From Octopus bimaculoides (taxonomy: Eukaryota), in contig NC_068982.1 in NCBI RefSeq assembly GCF_001194135.2, positions 45,479,382 to 45,543,381 on the forward strand: DNA of 64,000 bases, given 5' to 3'. The first letter of the stretch is position 1. Each line of letters starts with the position of its first letter. A program made the translations under genes and the position numbers. The notes below the pieces were generated by a model. The model was not told the DNA's origin. It saw only the letters and a program-made list of their open reading frames with translations, and searched no databases. Positions 1-11,710 of the stretch are shown here, in pieces.

Positions 1-177
1 AAGAACGGTGATCGAAGAACGAGGGGCTGTGTGTGTGAGAGATAGAATGCTGGTGATCTTGACGTATGTATGTGTGAAAATGGGGAGGGGAGAAAGGAGT
101 TGGTCAGTTGTAGTGTGTGCGTGGTGTGATGTGAGGGTGTTGGTGTGATAAACATATATATATATATATATATTTAT

Positions 178-211
<34 letters not shown>

Positions 212-214
<3 letters not shown>

Positions 215-420
215 GGCACATGGCTCAGTGGTTAGAGTGTTGAGCTTATGATCGTGAGGTTGTGAGTTCGAATCCTGGACCGGGCTGCCTCTTGTGTTCT
301 TGAGCAAGACACATTATTTCATGTTGCTCCATTTCACTCAGCTGTAGAAATGAGTTGCGACGTCACAGGTGCCAAGCTGTATCGGCCCCTTTGCCTTTCC
401 CTTGGATAACACTGCTAGCC
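212..420 (+). mobile_element. SINE family C head with a third tail type
   Basis: TGGCTCAGTGG A box, GAGTTCGAATCC B box, CTTGAGCAAGACAC core, then GAGTTGCGACGTCACAGGTGCCAAGC. Confidence 0.8.
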
Positions 421-688
421 TTCCGCAAACTACCTTGCCCGGACTTGTGGTTTCTTCTGTGACTGTTGATTAGAGCAACTTAGTTCTTTGCAGCATTGAA
501 GAGAACCTTAAGAGCCGAATTGTGTCTTCAGGTACATGTGTCCAACAGCAAACAGTTGAAAATGTGTTTTGCTGCGCCTATTTTCCTGCTCTTTGATAGC
601 TGCCATCTCATCAAGTTTATAGAAGATTGCAAGATATTGTAGCAAGTGGTTATTACAAGACTTGTTGGCAATTTATAAACATATTTAT

Positions 689-1092
689 TACTCTTTTACT
701 CTTTTACTTGTTTCAGTCATTTGACTGTGGCCATGCTGGAGCACCGCCTTTAGTCGAGCAAATCAACCCCAGGACTTATTCTCTGTAAGCCTAGTACTTA
801 TTCTATCGGTCTCTTTTGCCGAACCGCTAAGTTATGGGGACATAAACACACCAGCATCGGGTGTCAAGCGATGTTGGGGGGGGGGGACAAACACAGGCAC
901 ACAAACACACATATATATATACATATATATATATACGACGGGCTTCTTTCAGTTTCCATCTACCAAATCCACTCACAAGGCTTTGGTTGGCCCAAGGCTA
1001 TAGTAGAAGATACTTGCCCAAGGTGCCACACAGTGGGACTGAACCCAGAACCATGTGGTTGGTAAGCAAGCTACTTACCACACAGCCACTCT
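689..1092 (-). mobile_element. SINE family A (tRNA-like head, CORE-like CCTTGGGCAAGTGTCTT, central microsatellite, GAAACAAGTAAAAGAG tail)
   Basis: Near-identical to copies at 12807-13232, 27979, 39584, 42145 and 58750. Confidence 0.85.
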
Positions 1093-1111
1093 TATGCCAA
1101 TGGGTGCAGGA

Positions 1112-1384
1112 GTAGATTTGGTAGACAGAAACTGAAAGAAGCCTGTTGCATATATGTATATATATGTGTGTGTGTGTATGTTTGTGTGTCTGTGTTTGTT
1201 CCCCTAGCATTGCTTGACAACCAATGCTGGTGTGTTTATGTCCCTGTCACCTAGTGATTCGGCAAAAGAGACTGATAGAATAAGTATCAGGCTTACAAAG
1301 AATAAGTCCTGGGGTCGATTTCTCGACTAAAGGCGGTGCTCCAGCATGGCTGCAGTCAAATGACTGAAACAAGTAAAAGAGTAA
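1112..1384 (+). mobile_element. SINE family A, 5'-truncated, inverted relative to the neighbouring copy
   Basis: GATTTGGTAGACAGAAACTGAAAGAAGCC...ATGACTGAAACAAGTAAAAGAG. Confidence 0.85.
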
Positions 1385-1454
1385 TATTTATTGTTACCAT
1401 GTGGAACTCCTATATAATCCTATGTATGTGTGTGTGTGTATGCTATGATTCAAA

Positions 1455-1910
1455 TACTTGGAAGGTTTATAGAAGTAGTTGATGGCTTCCGATCAAGAGC
1501 TTAATTATCAGTGGATTTCAATGTAGCCAGAGAAAGAATGAGGCAGAGAAATGTCATGGGGTTAGCACAAAGGGAATCTCTCTTGAAGGGAAGGATAAGT
1601 TGTACAATAATTGTGTATGAAGTACAATGAATTATAGGCATTAAATGTGAAGGATAAGTGAAAGGCTGGAAAGAAATAAACTGAGCATGCTTCACTGGGT
1701 GTAAGATAGTAGTGTGCATGCACAATGAAGCATAAGTGTATTGAGAAAAATAACCTAGTTTGAAAGAAAAACTTGAGTAGTAAGAAAAAGAAAACGAGTA
1801 TGTCCGATTGAAAGAGGTGGAGGGGAGACTACTCTGGTATAGCCATGTAATACTTATGTAAAATGACATTTGTGTGCATAAGCGCCAAGTTTGATTCAGC
1901 ACACACATTT
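1455..1910 (+). mobile_element. Highly decayed RTE-clade LINE fragment
   Basis: ATAGAAGTAGTTGATGGCTTC shared with the 14447 fragment; RLERNKLSMLHW-like segment. Confidence 0.6.
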
Positions 1911-3043
1911 TCTCAACAAACTTACTTCAATAAAAACTCTATACCTGTGTTACCAGCTTTCTGGAGAAACTTAATTAATCATGTACTTCAATGTTTTGAT
2001 CAAATCATTCTTCATAATAGTTTTTATAAATAGCATCACAGTTGATAAATCGTAATGTATGTGCTGTGTGCTCTAGTTTCATTATCTACGGATTTTCTGA
2101 CCTATTACCATCCAAAGAAATTTGTTCAAATACTCTATCGTCTCAATGTTTTATCTCTTCACATGCTCTAGTTTAAAATTATAAGAATGCAGTTTAAGAA
2201 TCATCTTCTAATCTTCACTGGTTGATTAGATTTGACAGGAATCCTCAATTATTGTTGAACTCAATAACTAATTCAAATGCATATTTTTTATCCTTGTGAA
2301 CTGTCTGAAAAAAATGCTACTTGCTTTCCCTCATTAGTTTAGCATGTAACACTTAAAGCTCTACAACATAGATAATGTTCTTAAACATGCATGAAGGAAT
2401 GATGAGTTTCTCTAATCCTCACTTTGATTTTTCTGGGGGGATTTCAACCATGTTTCGTGGTCTGCTACCACAACAGCTCCTTTATAGGATCCAGTTAGGT
2501 CAAGACATCATCAGGAGGAACCACGTCAGGTTTCGGCCCCTACTCCTCTACCGTTTTGACGTGGCAGGGGCCCCCCTTTCGGAGGTGTCTTCAGCTCTGG
2601 TGTTGAGTGCATATCTTCTTTCTTCTGTTCCTTGGCCTCTTCGATGCAGCGTCAACGAGTGTCAGCAGCCGACTGTGACTGTGAAAATTTATTCACACAA
2701 TAAGACATTTTGGCAAAGAAATACACCTCTTCTGATATATCTCTTTGCCAGACTCATTTTTACTTACACAAGTTCTTTGATAGGCAAGAGACTAATGTAT
2801 AAAGTGTACTCCACAACTACAAAAATATCCTGTATCATTACGAAAACACTGTTTTCCTGTAACATTGATCTTACAAATGTACTGAAATATTTTCCCAACA
2901 GTAACTCTCTTTCAAAATATCATCTCATATCTTTTTAAGCTACTGATTATAACACTACAGAAGAAACTTGAACTATGATTGCAGTATATATCTCTATCAA
3001 TTTCAATTATAAACTCTTAGCCAATCACATCACTTTCCAATAA

Positions 3044-3053
3044 AGAAGAAGAA

Positions 3054-3105
<52 letters not shown>

Positions 3106-3361
3106 NNNNNNNNNNNNNNNNNNNNNNNNNNNNNNNNNNNNNNNNNNNNNNNNNNNNNNNNNNNNNNNNNNNNNNNNNNNNNNNNNNNNNNNNNNNNNNN
3201 NNNNNNNNNNNNNNNNNNNNNNNNNNNNNNNNNNNNNNNNNNNNNNNNNNNNNNNNNNNNNNNNNNNNNNNNNNNNNNNNNNNNNNNNATGGTGATGATG
3301 ATGATGATGATGATGATGGTGATGGTGGTGGTGGTGGTGGTGGTGGTGATGGTGATGATGG

Positions 3362-3397
<36 letters not shown>
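3044..3397. repeat. (GAT)n/(GGT)n microsatellite spanning a gap
   Basis: Direct reading. Confidence 0.95.
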
Positions 3398-3400
<3 letters not shown>

Positions 3401-4244
3401 CAAATTTTTGAGAGGCAAGTCAATTACATCCTCCTGTGTTCAACTGGTGCTTATTTTGTTGGCTCCTAAAGGAGAAAAAATAAAGTCAATCTCGGTGGTA
3501 TTTGAACTCAGAACATAATGACAGATGAAATGCTGCTTAACATTTTGCCTGGTATGTTAACAATTCTGCCAGCTTGTGAGCTCACGCATAGCAACAATGA
3601 TTATCATTATTGAGTGAGGGAGCAGTGCATGCCATCNNNNNNNNNNTGTGAGCTCACGCATGGCAACAATGATTATCATTATTGAATGAGGGAGCAGTGC
3701 ATGCCATCAAAGTGACACTGGGGTAAAATATACAAAGCCCAGTATACACATCATGATTACCCATCTGATAAGAGTACACCAGGCACATGTATCGCAACCA
3801 TATGTGTGCATCATAGTGATCTCATATCAAGATAAACAGCACATGACCTTGCAGGTGGAGCCCATTTAGAATTTTCTTCAAGTCAAGTAGACCATCCAGC
3901 TCAAAAGGTCCCTGAATAAGGGTTGTTTAAGGATGTTGAACAAAATACCCATGTTTCCAAAGATGAATTCACACCGCAAGAGATGGCTGCAAGGAGCAAC
4001 GTACCACACCTTTGTATATATTATAAATAAAGACTAATGGAGAATCTGCATTTTGCCTAATACTTCTTTACATGACTGCTGGAGCCTTAGCAACTCAAAG
4101 AATAAGAAATTAATGGCAGAAAGACGATATTCAACCAATATCCAGAACCTTGCCTCTCATTATAAAACTTTCTGTATTAATGTAGCAATAAACGATGCAT
4201 ATAAACTGACAAGTCTTTCATTATCATCATACTACACACCAACA

Positions 4245-4556
4245 GTGGAGGTGCAATGGCCCAGTGGTTAGGGCAGCGAACTCACGGTCGTGGGGATCGT
4301 GGTTTCGATTCCCAGACAGGCGTTGTGAGTGTTTATTGAGTGAAAACACTTAAAGCTACATAAGGCTCCGATAGGGGATGGTGGAAAACCATACTATCTT
4401 CTTTCACCACAATTTTCTCTCACTCTTTCTTCCTTTTTCTGTTGTACCCGTATTTCAAAGGGCCAGCCTTGTCACACTCTGTGTCATGCTGAATCTCCTC
4501 GAGAACTACGTGAAGGGTACACGTGTCTGTGGAGTGCCACAACACATCTATAACAC
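4245..4556 (+). mobile_element. SINE family B with an internal deletion
   Basis: Same head and body; the tail is shortened between two GGAGTGC repeats. Confidence 0.85.
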
Positions 4557-5767
4557 TTATTAGAGCATGGGCGTATTTCCTTTTATCTTCTTCCTCTTCT
4601 ATGTTTGAATTTGTAACAAACGTGTGGTAACCCAAAAGTGGAAATTTGGGCTCGCATCAAGCTAATGTGTTGGTAATTTCTCATATTTAGCATTCAGTTC
4701 CTTGGTTCAATGCATGTGTATAATCCATGACTCTGATTTTTTTTCCTTTTAATAGTTCTCAGAATGTAAGCTCCCAAAATATTTATCAAAGTTTGTCAAT
4801 TTGTTATATAAGAGGCAGAGAGAGAGAGAGGGAGAGAGAGAGGGGGGAGAGAGATAGGGGGAGAGAGGGGAGGGGAGGAGGAAGTGGGTATTGTCATTGA
4901 AAGGTCATTAGAGTTTCCCTTAAAATAATTAGGACAAAACAATACCTTAGTAGCCAGGGGCGTTACTATAAGTTTTAATAAATTTCTCTACTTAAGAAAA
5001 AATATTTCTCTTTTTTTTTTCGTTTGAATATTTAAAATTACGGTAAAAGTTTTCAAATATATTTAATTACAAGTATTTATATTGATAACATTTAAGTGCT
5101 GAGGAAATGAAGTAGAATTTTGGTAATTTATAATATTAAGATTTAAAGCGTTAGGGTTTTCTTCAGCATTTCGTATTTGTCATTTTTTTTCTTACTCTAT
5201 TGGAAAAAGGTTTTGCTAGGACAGAATGCTAGAAATAATCTCAAATTCTTGTATTTAGTTTTCTGATTATCAACCAAACGACTCTCCCCAGACACAATAA
5301 AAGAATGAAAAATGTTTATTTTATAATTCATACCACACTCTCATCCCAATATAAACTCTTTATTCTAGAATTGTGATACTTCTGTGTTTCCATATTTGAA
5401 TTCCGGAAATATTCTGCATTATGAACAATTAAGCAGCAAATAAATTCTACCTTTCTTTTTGGATGAGTTTTTTTAGTCAAAATCATATTTATTTATATGA
5501 ATTGCAATTTTTCCTTAACAGATAAGAAACTTATATCTAAATGTATTCCTCCACCTCAAGTCCCGTATGTTATGGAAGCACATTTTTCTCCTGTAACACT
5601 GCTTTTCTATTGTACACGGAAATTTTTACAAATGAAATGAATTATTTCCTCCCGAGTAACCTTTAGCATTACAATATAATATTCTTAAAAATTAAATTAA
5701 AGACGAGAATATAAAAAACATGCGAAATATTTAATCATATAGTTAATTTGCATAATATAAATTCACT

Positions 5768-5794
5768 TCACGTCACCGTTCTACGTCACGTGAC
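5768..5794 (+). promoter_or_regulatory. Candidate MOSMO proximal promoter motif cluster: two ACGTCA (CRE half-sites) and a palindromic GTCACGTGAC E-box (CLEAR/USF type)
   Basis: TCACGTCA at 5768-5775 and ACGTCACGTGAC at 5783-5794, in a CpG-containing patch of unique-looking AT-rich DNA about 210 bp upstream of the ATG. TSS not determined. Confidence 0.5.
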
Positions 5795-6003
5795 CTGATG
5801 TCGACAATCAGACGATGCAAGAAATGTAGTTGTAGCTATTTTTTCCCCTTAAATGAACCTGTTTAATGACAATTATAAAACGGGCAAACAATATTTTTTT
5901 TCATCTAGAAATAAAATCAAACAAAAAGTATTAATAATAACGCAAAGACTTTTTAAAAGTCCCCCTTGAAGATTCGCTGATCTGAAAATAACAGCCGAAG
6001 GAA

Positions 6004-6106
6004 ATGGATAAGCTGAGTATAATTTCGATGGCATTCTTTTTCGCAGCAGATCTCTTAGCAGTAGCCAGCATTACAATGCCAAACTGGATAGTGTCAGAGA
6101 TGGGAG
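6004..6106 (+). CDS. MOSMO: MOSMO coding exon 1 (34 codons + 1 nt)
   Basis: ATG at 6004; MDKLSIISMAFFFAADLLAVASITMPNWIVSEMG; donor G|GTAAGT at 6107. Confidence 0.93.
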
Positions 6107-9100
6107 GTAAGTGATGTCTAAATGTTGATAGTTATTTTCAAAAAAACAAACAAAAAACAAAAAATCATATACAATGTAATTTGACTTATTATATTCATTC
6201 GAAACCTGCAAAGTATTATTGTATACGTTGTTCAATGCATGGCGATTTACGATTTTATTTGTGAAACCTTTTCCTCTATCAACAAAATAATAGTGAATCC
6301 TGCACATATGTGAACCTAAAATTCAAGATCGTAAGATTATGTATATATATTTGGCAATATTATGATTTGTAGTACTTATCCGTTATTGATAACTGTGTGT
6401 GATATGATTTAACTGATTTCAACAGTGCTTTTAGTTTTTGTTTAAATTATTGGATTAAATCCTTTAATTTTACATAATTTTGCTTTAATTCGGTGATTAA
6501 AGTTAATTTGGCTGTTAAAATATTTATCTTTTGAAGTGTCTGTCTTCATCAGTAGACACGTTTTGTGTATAAATTTCCCACCGTTATCATAAAACGGACT
6601 CAGAACCTGCAATTCTTCTCCAGAAAGAGGTTTTACTTCATTATCCTTGTTACCTTGTGGATTTGTACGTATAAAATATGCCTACTACTTTAAGAATGCC
6701 TCAGAACTATTTTTTTTTTCTTTCAATTCCAATTACTTTGTAGCGAAGCATATTGTATGTATTTGGTATGTGAAACTAGAATTCTCTTCATGCTCAATCT
6801 AAGTCTTGCATGACATTTCTGATCATGATGATCAAGGCATCATTGAACAGAAGTAGGGTACCTATTTTTAACTGTTGGTTGGGTAACAGAGAAATCAGCA
6901 CCCATGCATTTTTTTTTATAGGCTTTCCCAGATTGGTGAGATCGATATGGCTGATGCAAAGATCGAACATCAACGTCTACTGGAAAAGTGTTGGCTGGGG
7001 GATGAAAGCTTGCCATAAAGGAAAATCTGCTAAAGATATATAAGGACCTAGTGATGGTGTTAAACCAGGTGGCACTTTACCAAAGAGGTGGTAAGGCAAC
7101 GAACTGGCAGAACCGTTGGCATGTTGGACAAAATGCTTAGTGACGTTTCAACCATCTCTACATTCCAAGTTCAAATGACACTGAGGTGGATTTTGCCTTT
7201 CATTCTTTTGTTGTTGATGAAACAAGTACTTATCTGTGCAGGTGCATTATATAAAAAAAAAAAAACACTTGTGCCAGTGCCACGTAAAAGTGCTTGTGTG
7301 GTTCCATGTTAATAGCACCCAGCATACACTGTAAAGTGGTTGGCATTAAGAAGGGCACCCAGCTGTAGAAACCATGCTAAATCAGACTGGAACCCGGTGC
7401 CACTCTCTGGCTTGCCAGCTCTCGTCAAACTGTCCAACTCATGCCAACATAGAAAATGGATGTAAAATGATGATGATGATGAGTAGTGGGGCAATGTAAT
7501 TGACTTGCTCTGACCCCTAAAAATTTTTAGGCCTTTCAGTAGAAAGGATTATTTGAGATTATTGAATGGAGCATGGTTATGAGTGGGAATGTGGTGTATT
7601 ATTTCTAATGAACTAAAGGGGTTGACTATCATAGCTTCAATGTGGGTTCATATGCTAGTCGCTTTCTTTGTTAATGAGGTGGTGCAAGAAGTCAAGATAC
7701 CATTGTACACATATGACTGGCACAGTTATATCATAATCAATTGATTCAAGATTAAAGGAGACTGCATTGTTGAAAGACAATTGCAAAAGCCTGAATCTAA
7801 TGCACCAACTCTTAACTGTTGTTGATAGAGTTACCAAAGATAATATTAGCTTGGCTTAGATGCAGTTTGGGTTTGTATCAGATCAGGGCACCACATATTC
7901 TATATTTCAGGTGATGTAATCTGTAAGAGCTAGTCATATCTTAGAATAAAACACTCTATTTTTAGAGTTGCATTAAGGTCTCTGACAGAGCCCAGTCTCT
8001 GTAGCTCTGATGGAGGCTAATGAAACTAGGTGTGGCTGAATGATATGGAAGGGCCATGTGTAGCATGTATAAGGGTACTAGTTGCAAGATGGTGTCCACT
8101 AGAGTCCTATCCACAAACTCCTTTTATTCATTCTAGTTCTTGAGGTTATAACATAAGAAACCAGCTTTTATATGCTGATGACTTAGTTCCCATAGAATCT
8201 GTCAAAGAGTTACAGAAAAAGGAAAGTAGGAAGTATTTTCTTAAGTTCAAAGTTTATAATAACATTGCCATGTGAATGGCCTAGCTTGATATATAGGAAA
8301 ACGTGTTAGTAGGAACTCAGTACTGTGTATGCATTGCAAGGAATGAATACACTAAAAGTTGCAGTGGGACAGACCTCAGATAGACAGAAGCAGAGTTTCA
8401 GATGAGATAGATGCATCTCAGATAGACAGAAGCAGAATTTTTGATGAGATGGATGCACTTCTGATGGGATGGATGCACCTCAGATTGACAGAAACAGGAT
8501 TGCAGATGGGATGGGTGCACCTCAGATGGACAGAGACAGGGTTGCAGATGGGATGGATGCACTGCAGTAGTTAGCAACAAAAGTACCCATGAAGTAAAGT
8601 TTAAGAACTACACGTATGACTCACTAGACTTGGCTGATAGTTTATGCTATCTGCAATGTAATTATTGTTGGAGGGGGCTGCAGGGAAAGCATTGTTGTTA
8701 GAGTAGGAAAGGTAAAGAAATTCAAAGAGGTTTGGCAACAAAATATTTTCATTTCTCCTTTAAAAATCAAACAGAATGAAGTATTCTTACGAATTGTGAT
8801 GCTGCATGGTAGTGGAACATAACATTAAATGTGCAAAATCTACAAAAGTGGGAGAGAAATATGAGGTGAGCATGTTCCATTGGGTGCATAATGCTGAAAG
8901 CTAATGAAACTAGGTGCAGCGGAATCATATGGAAGAAAGACTTAGCACAAGTGAATTGAAAGTATCTGGGCATTAAAGAGATCAGCTGATGTGTGCAGGA
9001 AAAGGCAACTTCATTAATACGAAAGGACAATGCATACTTGGTGAAAAAAAGGGTGATATAATGAGGGTATTCTAATGAAAAACTGATAAAGACATGAGCA

Positions 9101-10619
9101 GAAATGATGGTATTAAAATTCAGGATAATGTCCCCACTCCATTACCAGAAGAGATGAAAAAATACTAAGAAGTTTGGTGATATACTCCATAGCAGACCTT
9201 TCCAATCCATACCAGTATGAAAACCAGACCTTAAATATTGTTGAGGATGATAAGAGGCAGAATTGTCTTCAGACTCTGGAGTTGCTTTTAACAGTGAATA
9301 GAATGAAAGCAGAAATAACAGTCTTGCTGTAGAGCTAAGTGCTGCAGCCATTGCAAATATTGTTTTATTGTTTAGTGGTCAGTAATTAGGCAGAAACTGA
9401 TAGTGCAAGACATCTCAACTGATGCTCTAATAATTCTGCCAATCTTCCTCATTGGACTAGTGCAACAGCTTCAAGTAATTTTCTGCTATTTTGCAATCTG
9501 CTGACCAAGCTTTAGCACAACTTTCACTAGTCTGTTCTTGGATATATCAAATTGATGTGACCCATGTTTGGAAACAGCAGAAAAACCCAAGATAGACAAT
9601 TCTAGCAACTTAAATTGGTTTTCTCATTTTTAAGATAAATCATTACTAGTCTGAGTAATGAAATAGACTATTCTTTTGTGTTTTATTTACAATGAACTGA
9701 TATGGGACACTTTGTTTAAGCCAAAGATGGCTGATTCTCTTTGTAAATTTGAAGAATTGTATTAGGTCTGTGGCTCATCTCTATTACCTTAGTGGATACT
9801 CTTGTCACATAGGTTTATTTAATATCAATTTGTATTTGAAATTCATATTTTATATCTGTAATAATTAGGTATTTTTTATTCATTTATAGGTGCAACATCT
9901 ATTGGGTTATTGAAAACCTGTCTTACAGTATATGAAAGACCAACCGTATGTTACAATCCAGAACCTGCTCGTGCTGAATGGTTCATTACTTTCATTTGCA
10001 TAGTACTTGGAATTGGTTCTATATCATCTACTATTTTACTCCTATGGTTTTCTTTCTGGCACTATAGAGCAATAAGATTTGCTCGTTGGCTTGGTTTCGT
10101 TGCAAGTAAGTATTAAACCATTTTGTCTTTACTAATTAATTATTGAAAATTCTAAATGTTCTTATATTCATGTTTATATCTTAATCTTTAGGACATAGTA
10201 TTGTTTCACAAATTCATATCTTTTAGGAAATTCTTGATTATTATTATTGAAATTAATCGAAACTCAATATGATGATAATATAGATGATAAATACTCACAA
10301 AAGGTTTAAAATAAATCATTGCTGAGGAAGATGTATATTTTATATGTGCTTGTACATATTTTTTTCATTCTTTCATTTTTAGTATTACTAATACTGATGT
10401 TTTACTTTTTTTTTTTATTCTTTTTAATTAGTGATATTATTTTGTATGGCTGCTGTCATTTTCCCGATTGGCTTTAACATGGACCAGATTGGTGGATTAC
10501 CATATCAACTCCCACACAACTTTGAAGTTGGAATCTCTTACATTTTTTTCGTTCTTGCATTGTGGATCACTGTTGTCTCAGAACTCTTTGTTGGGAAAGT
10601 GTGCGTACCACATTTGTAA
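6004..10619 (+). CDS. MOSMO: MOSMO (modulator of smoothened; C16orf52/Atthog) orthologue; spliced CDS join(6004..6106,9890..10105,10432..10619), 507 nt, 168 aa
   Basis: Spliced translation MDKLSIISMAFFFAADLLAVASITMPNWIVSEMG-GATSIGLLKTCLTVYERPTVCYNPEPARAEWFITFICIVLGIGSISSTILLLWFSFWHYRAIRFARWLGFVA-MILFCMAAVIFPIGFNMDQIGGLPYQLPHNFEVGISYIFFVLALWITVVSELFVGKVCVPHL*. It matches vertebrate MOSMO as I recall it (MDKLTIIS..FLAAD, ARWIAFTGMILFCMAALIFPIGF, GGQPYKLP, FAGKVCLP). It has four hydrophobic segments, a claudin-like W28/G40-L-L/C45/C55 motif, and two GT-AG phase-1 introns. Confidence 0.95.
7082..7552 (+). mobile_element. SINE family D in MOSMO intron 1, interrupted by an RTE-type 3' tail (~7265-7485)
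   Basis: Head GAACTGGCAGAACCGTTGGC..., core TTTTGCCTTTCATTC, tail AGGCCTTTCAGTAGAAAGGATTATT. Confidence 0.7.
7950..9130 (+). mobile_element. Decayed RTE-clade LINE RT region in MOSMO intron 1
   Basis: Pseudo-translation: LVLEVIT..YADDLV (8170), NSVLCMHCKE*IH.KSCSG, ADSLCYL, VMLHGSGT, SMFHW. Many stops and frameshifts. Confidence 0.75.
8364..8567 (+). repeat. 42-bp minisatellite, ~4.5 copies
   Basis: Unit GATGGGATGGATGCACCTCAGATGGACAGAGACAGGGTTGCA. Confidence 0.85.
9890..10105 (+). CDS. MOSMO: MOSMO coding exon 2 (216 nt)
   Basis: Acceptor ttttttattcatttatAG|G at 9888-9889; open frame (ORF track 9910..10116); donor A|GTAAGT at 10106; phase 1 at both ends. Confidence 0.95.
10432..10619 (+). 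CDS. MOSMO: MOSMO coding exon 3 (to TAA stop)
   Basis: Long polypyrimidine tract then AG at 10430-10431; A|TG restores Met; ILFCMAAVIFPIGF...GKVCVPHL* (ORF track 10431..10619). Confidence 0.95.
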
Positions 10620-11184
10620 ACAAAAATCTCTATAATTATCTCATTCACCATAAAATTGTCTTTCATTTTCGAAANNNNNNNNNNNNNNNNNNNNNNNNNN
10701 NNNNNNNNNNNNNNNNNNNNNNNNNNNNNNNNNNNNNNNNNNNNNNNNNNNNNNNNNNNNNNNNNNNNNNNNNNNNNNNNNNNNNNNNNNNNNNNNNNNN
10801 NNNNNNNNNNNNNNNNNNNNNNNNNNNNNNNNNNNNNNNNNNNNNNNNNNNNNNNNNNNNNNNNNNNNNNNNNNNNNNNNNNNNNNNNNNNNNNNNNNNN
10901 NNNNNNNNNNNNNNNNNNNNNNNNNNNNNNNNNNNNNNNNNNNNNNNNNNNNNNNNNNNNNNNNNNNNNNNNNNNNNNNNNNNNNNNNNNNNNNNNNNNN
11001 NNNNNNNNNNNNNNNNNNNNNNNNNNNNNNNNNNNNNNNNNNNNNNNNNNNNNNNNNNNNNNNNNNNNNNNNNNNNNNNNNNNNNNNATCTAATGTGCTA
11101 AAGATTCTGCCAGTTTGCCATTTTATTTATTACCGTAATAATTCTTCCCTAACCTGGTACTCATTGGAAGATTAAGGCAAGATG

Positions 11185-11710
11185 GAACATACCAGTCGCC
11201 CCAGTGGTGTGTAGAAGGAGGGATGAGATGTCTATTGAGCGAGGTTACAGGAGGATCGAATGGGAGGAGTGAACATACCAGACATCTCGACGGTATGTAG
11301 AAAGAAAGACTAGTAGTTCGATGAACGAAGTAATAAGATGAACGAATATGCCATATCGCACCAATGGTATATCGCCAAGAAATTCGATGAACGAAGTAAC
11401 GAGTACATTGAAGGAAATGAATGAACATACCGTGTCACCCTGACGGTGTGTCGAAAAGAAAGATGAGACATCCGATAAACGAAGCAAGGAGCAGTTTGAA
11501 TGAGTAGATTGAAGATACAGAGAAGATTGAATGAGAAGGATGTAAATACCAGTCGCCCCGATGGTACTTCGATAGAAATATGTGATGCTGAAGCAGCAGC
11601 AAGGATGGTTGAGGAGATCAAGAAGATACCCACATTGAGACCCAAATCGAAAAATAAAATAAGATACCTGGATAAGACGAGTACATTGAAGGAAATGAAT
11701 GAACATACTG
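11185..11710 (+). repeat. Degenerate ~75-88-bp tandem array with a recurring hairpin
   Basis: GAACATACC-like starts at 11185, 11271, 11344, 11423, 11511, 11542, 11623 and 11701. GAGTACATTGAAGGAAATGAATGAACATAC occurs twice exactly. Confidence 0.7.

Noticed and set aside
2375-2938. 187-aa ORF
   Set aside because: No recognisable domain or splice context; probably a chance frame over a TE-derived island.
3575-3708. 62-bp direct repeat across a 10-N gap (similarly 40205-40330 vs 40503-40610)
   Set aside because: Most likely overlapping contig ends or allelic duplication at a scaffold gap.
6525-6555. CTGATGA on the minus strand in intron 1 (also 2508-2514 and 8175-8181)
   Set aside because: No convincing stem II-GAAA; the 8175 hit is the YADD codons of the RTE remnant.
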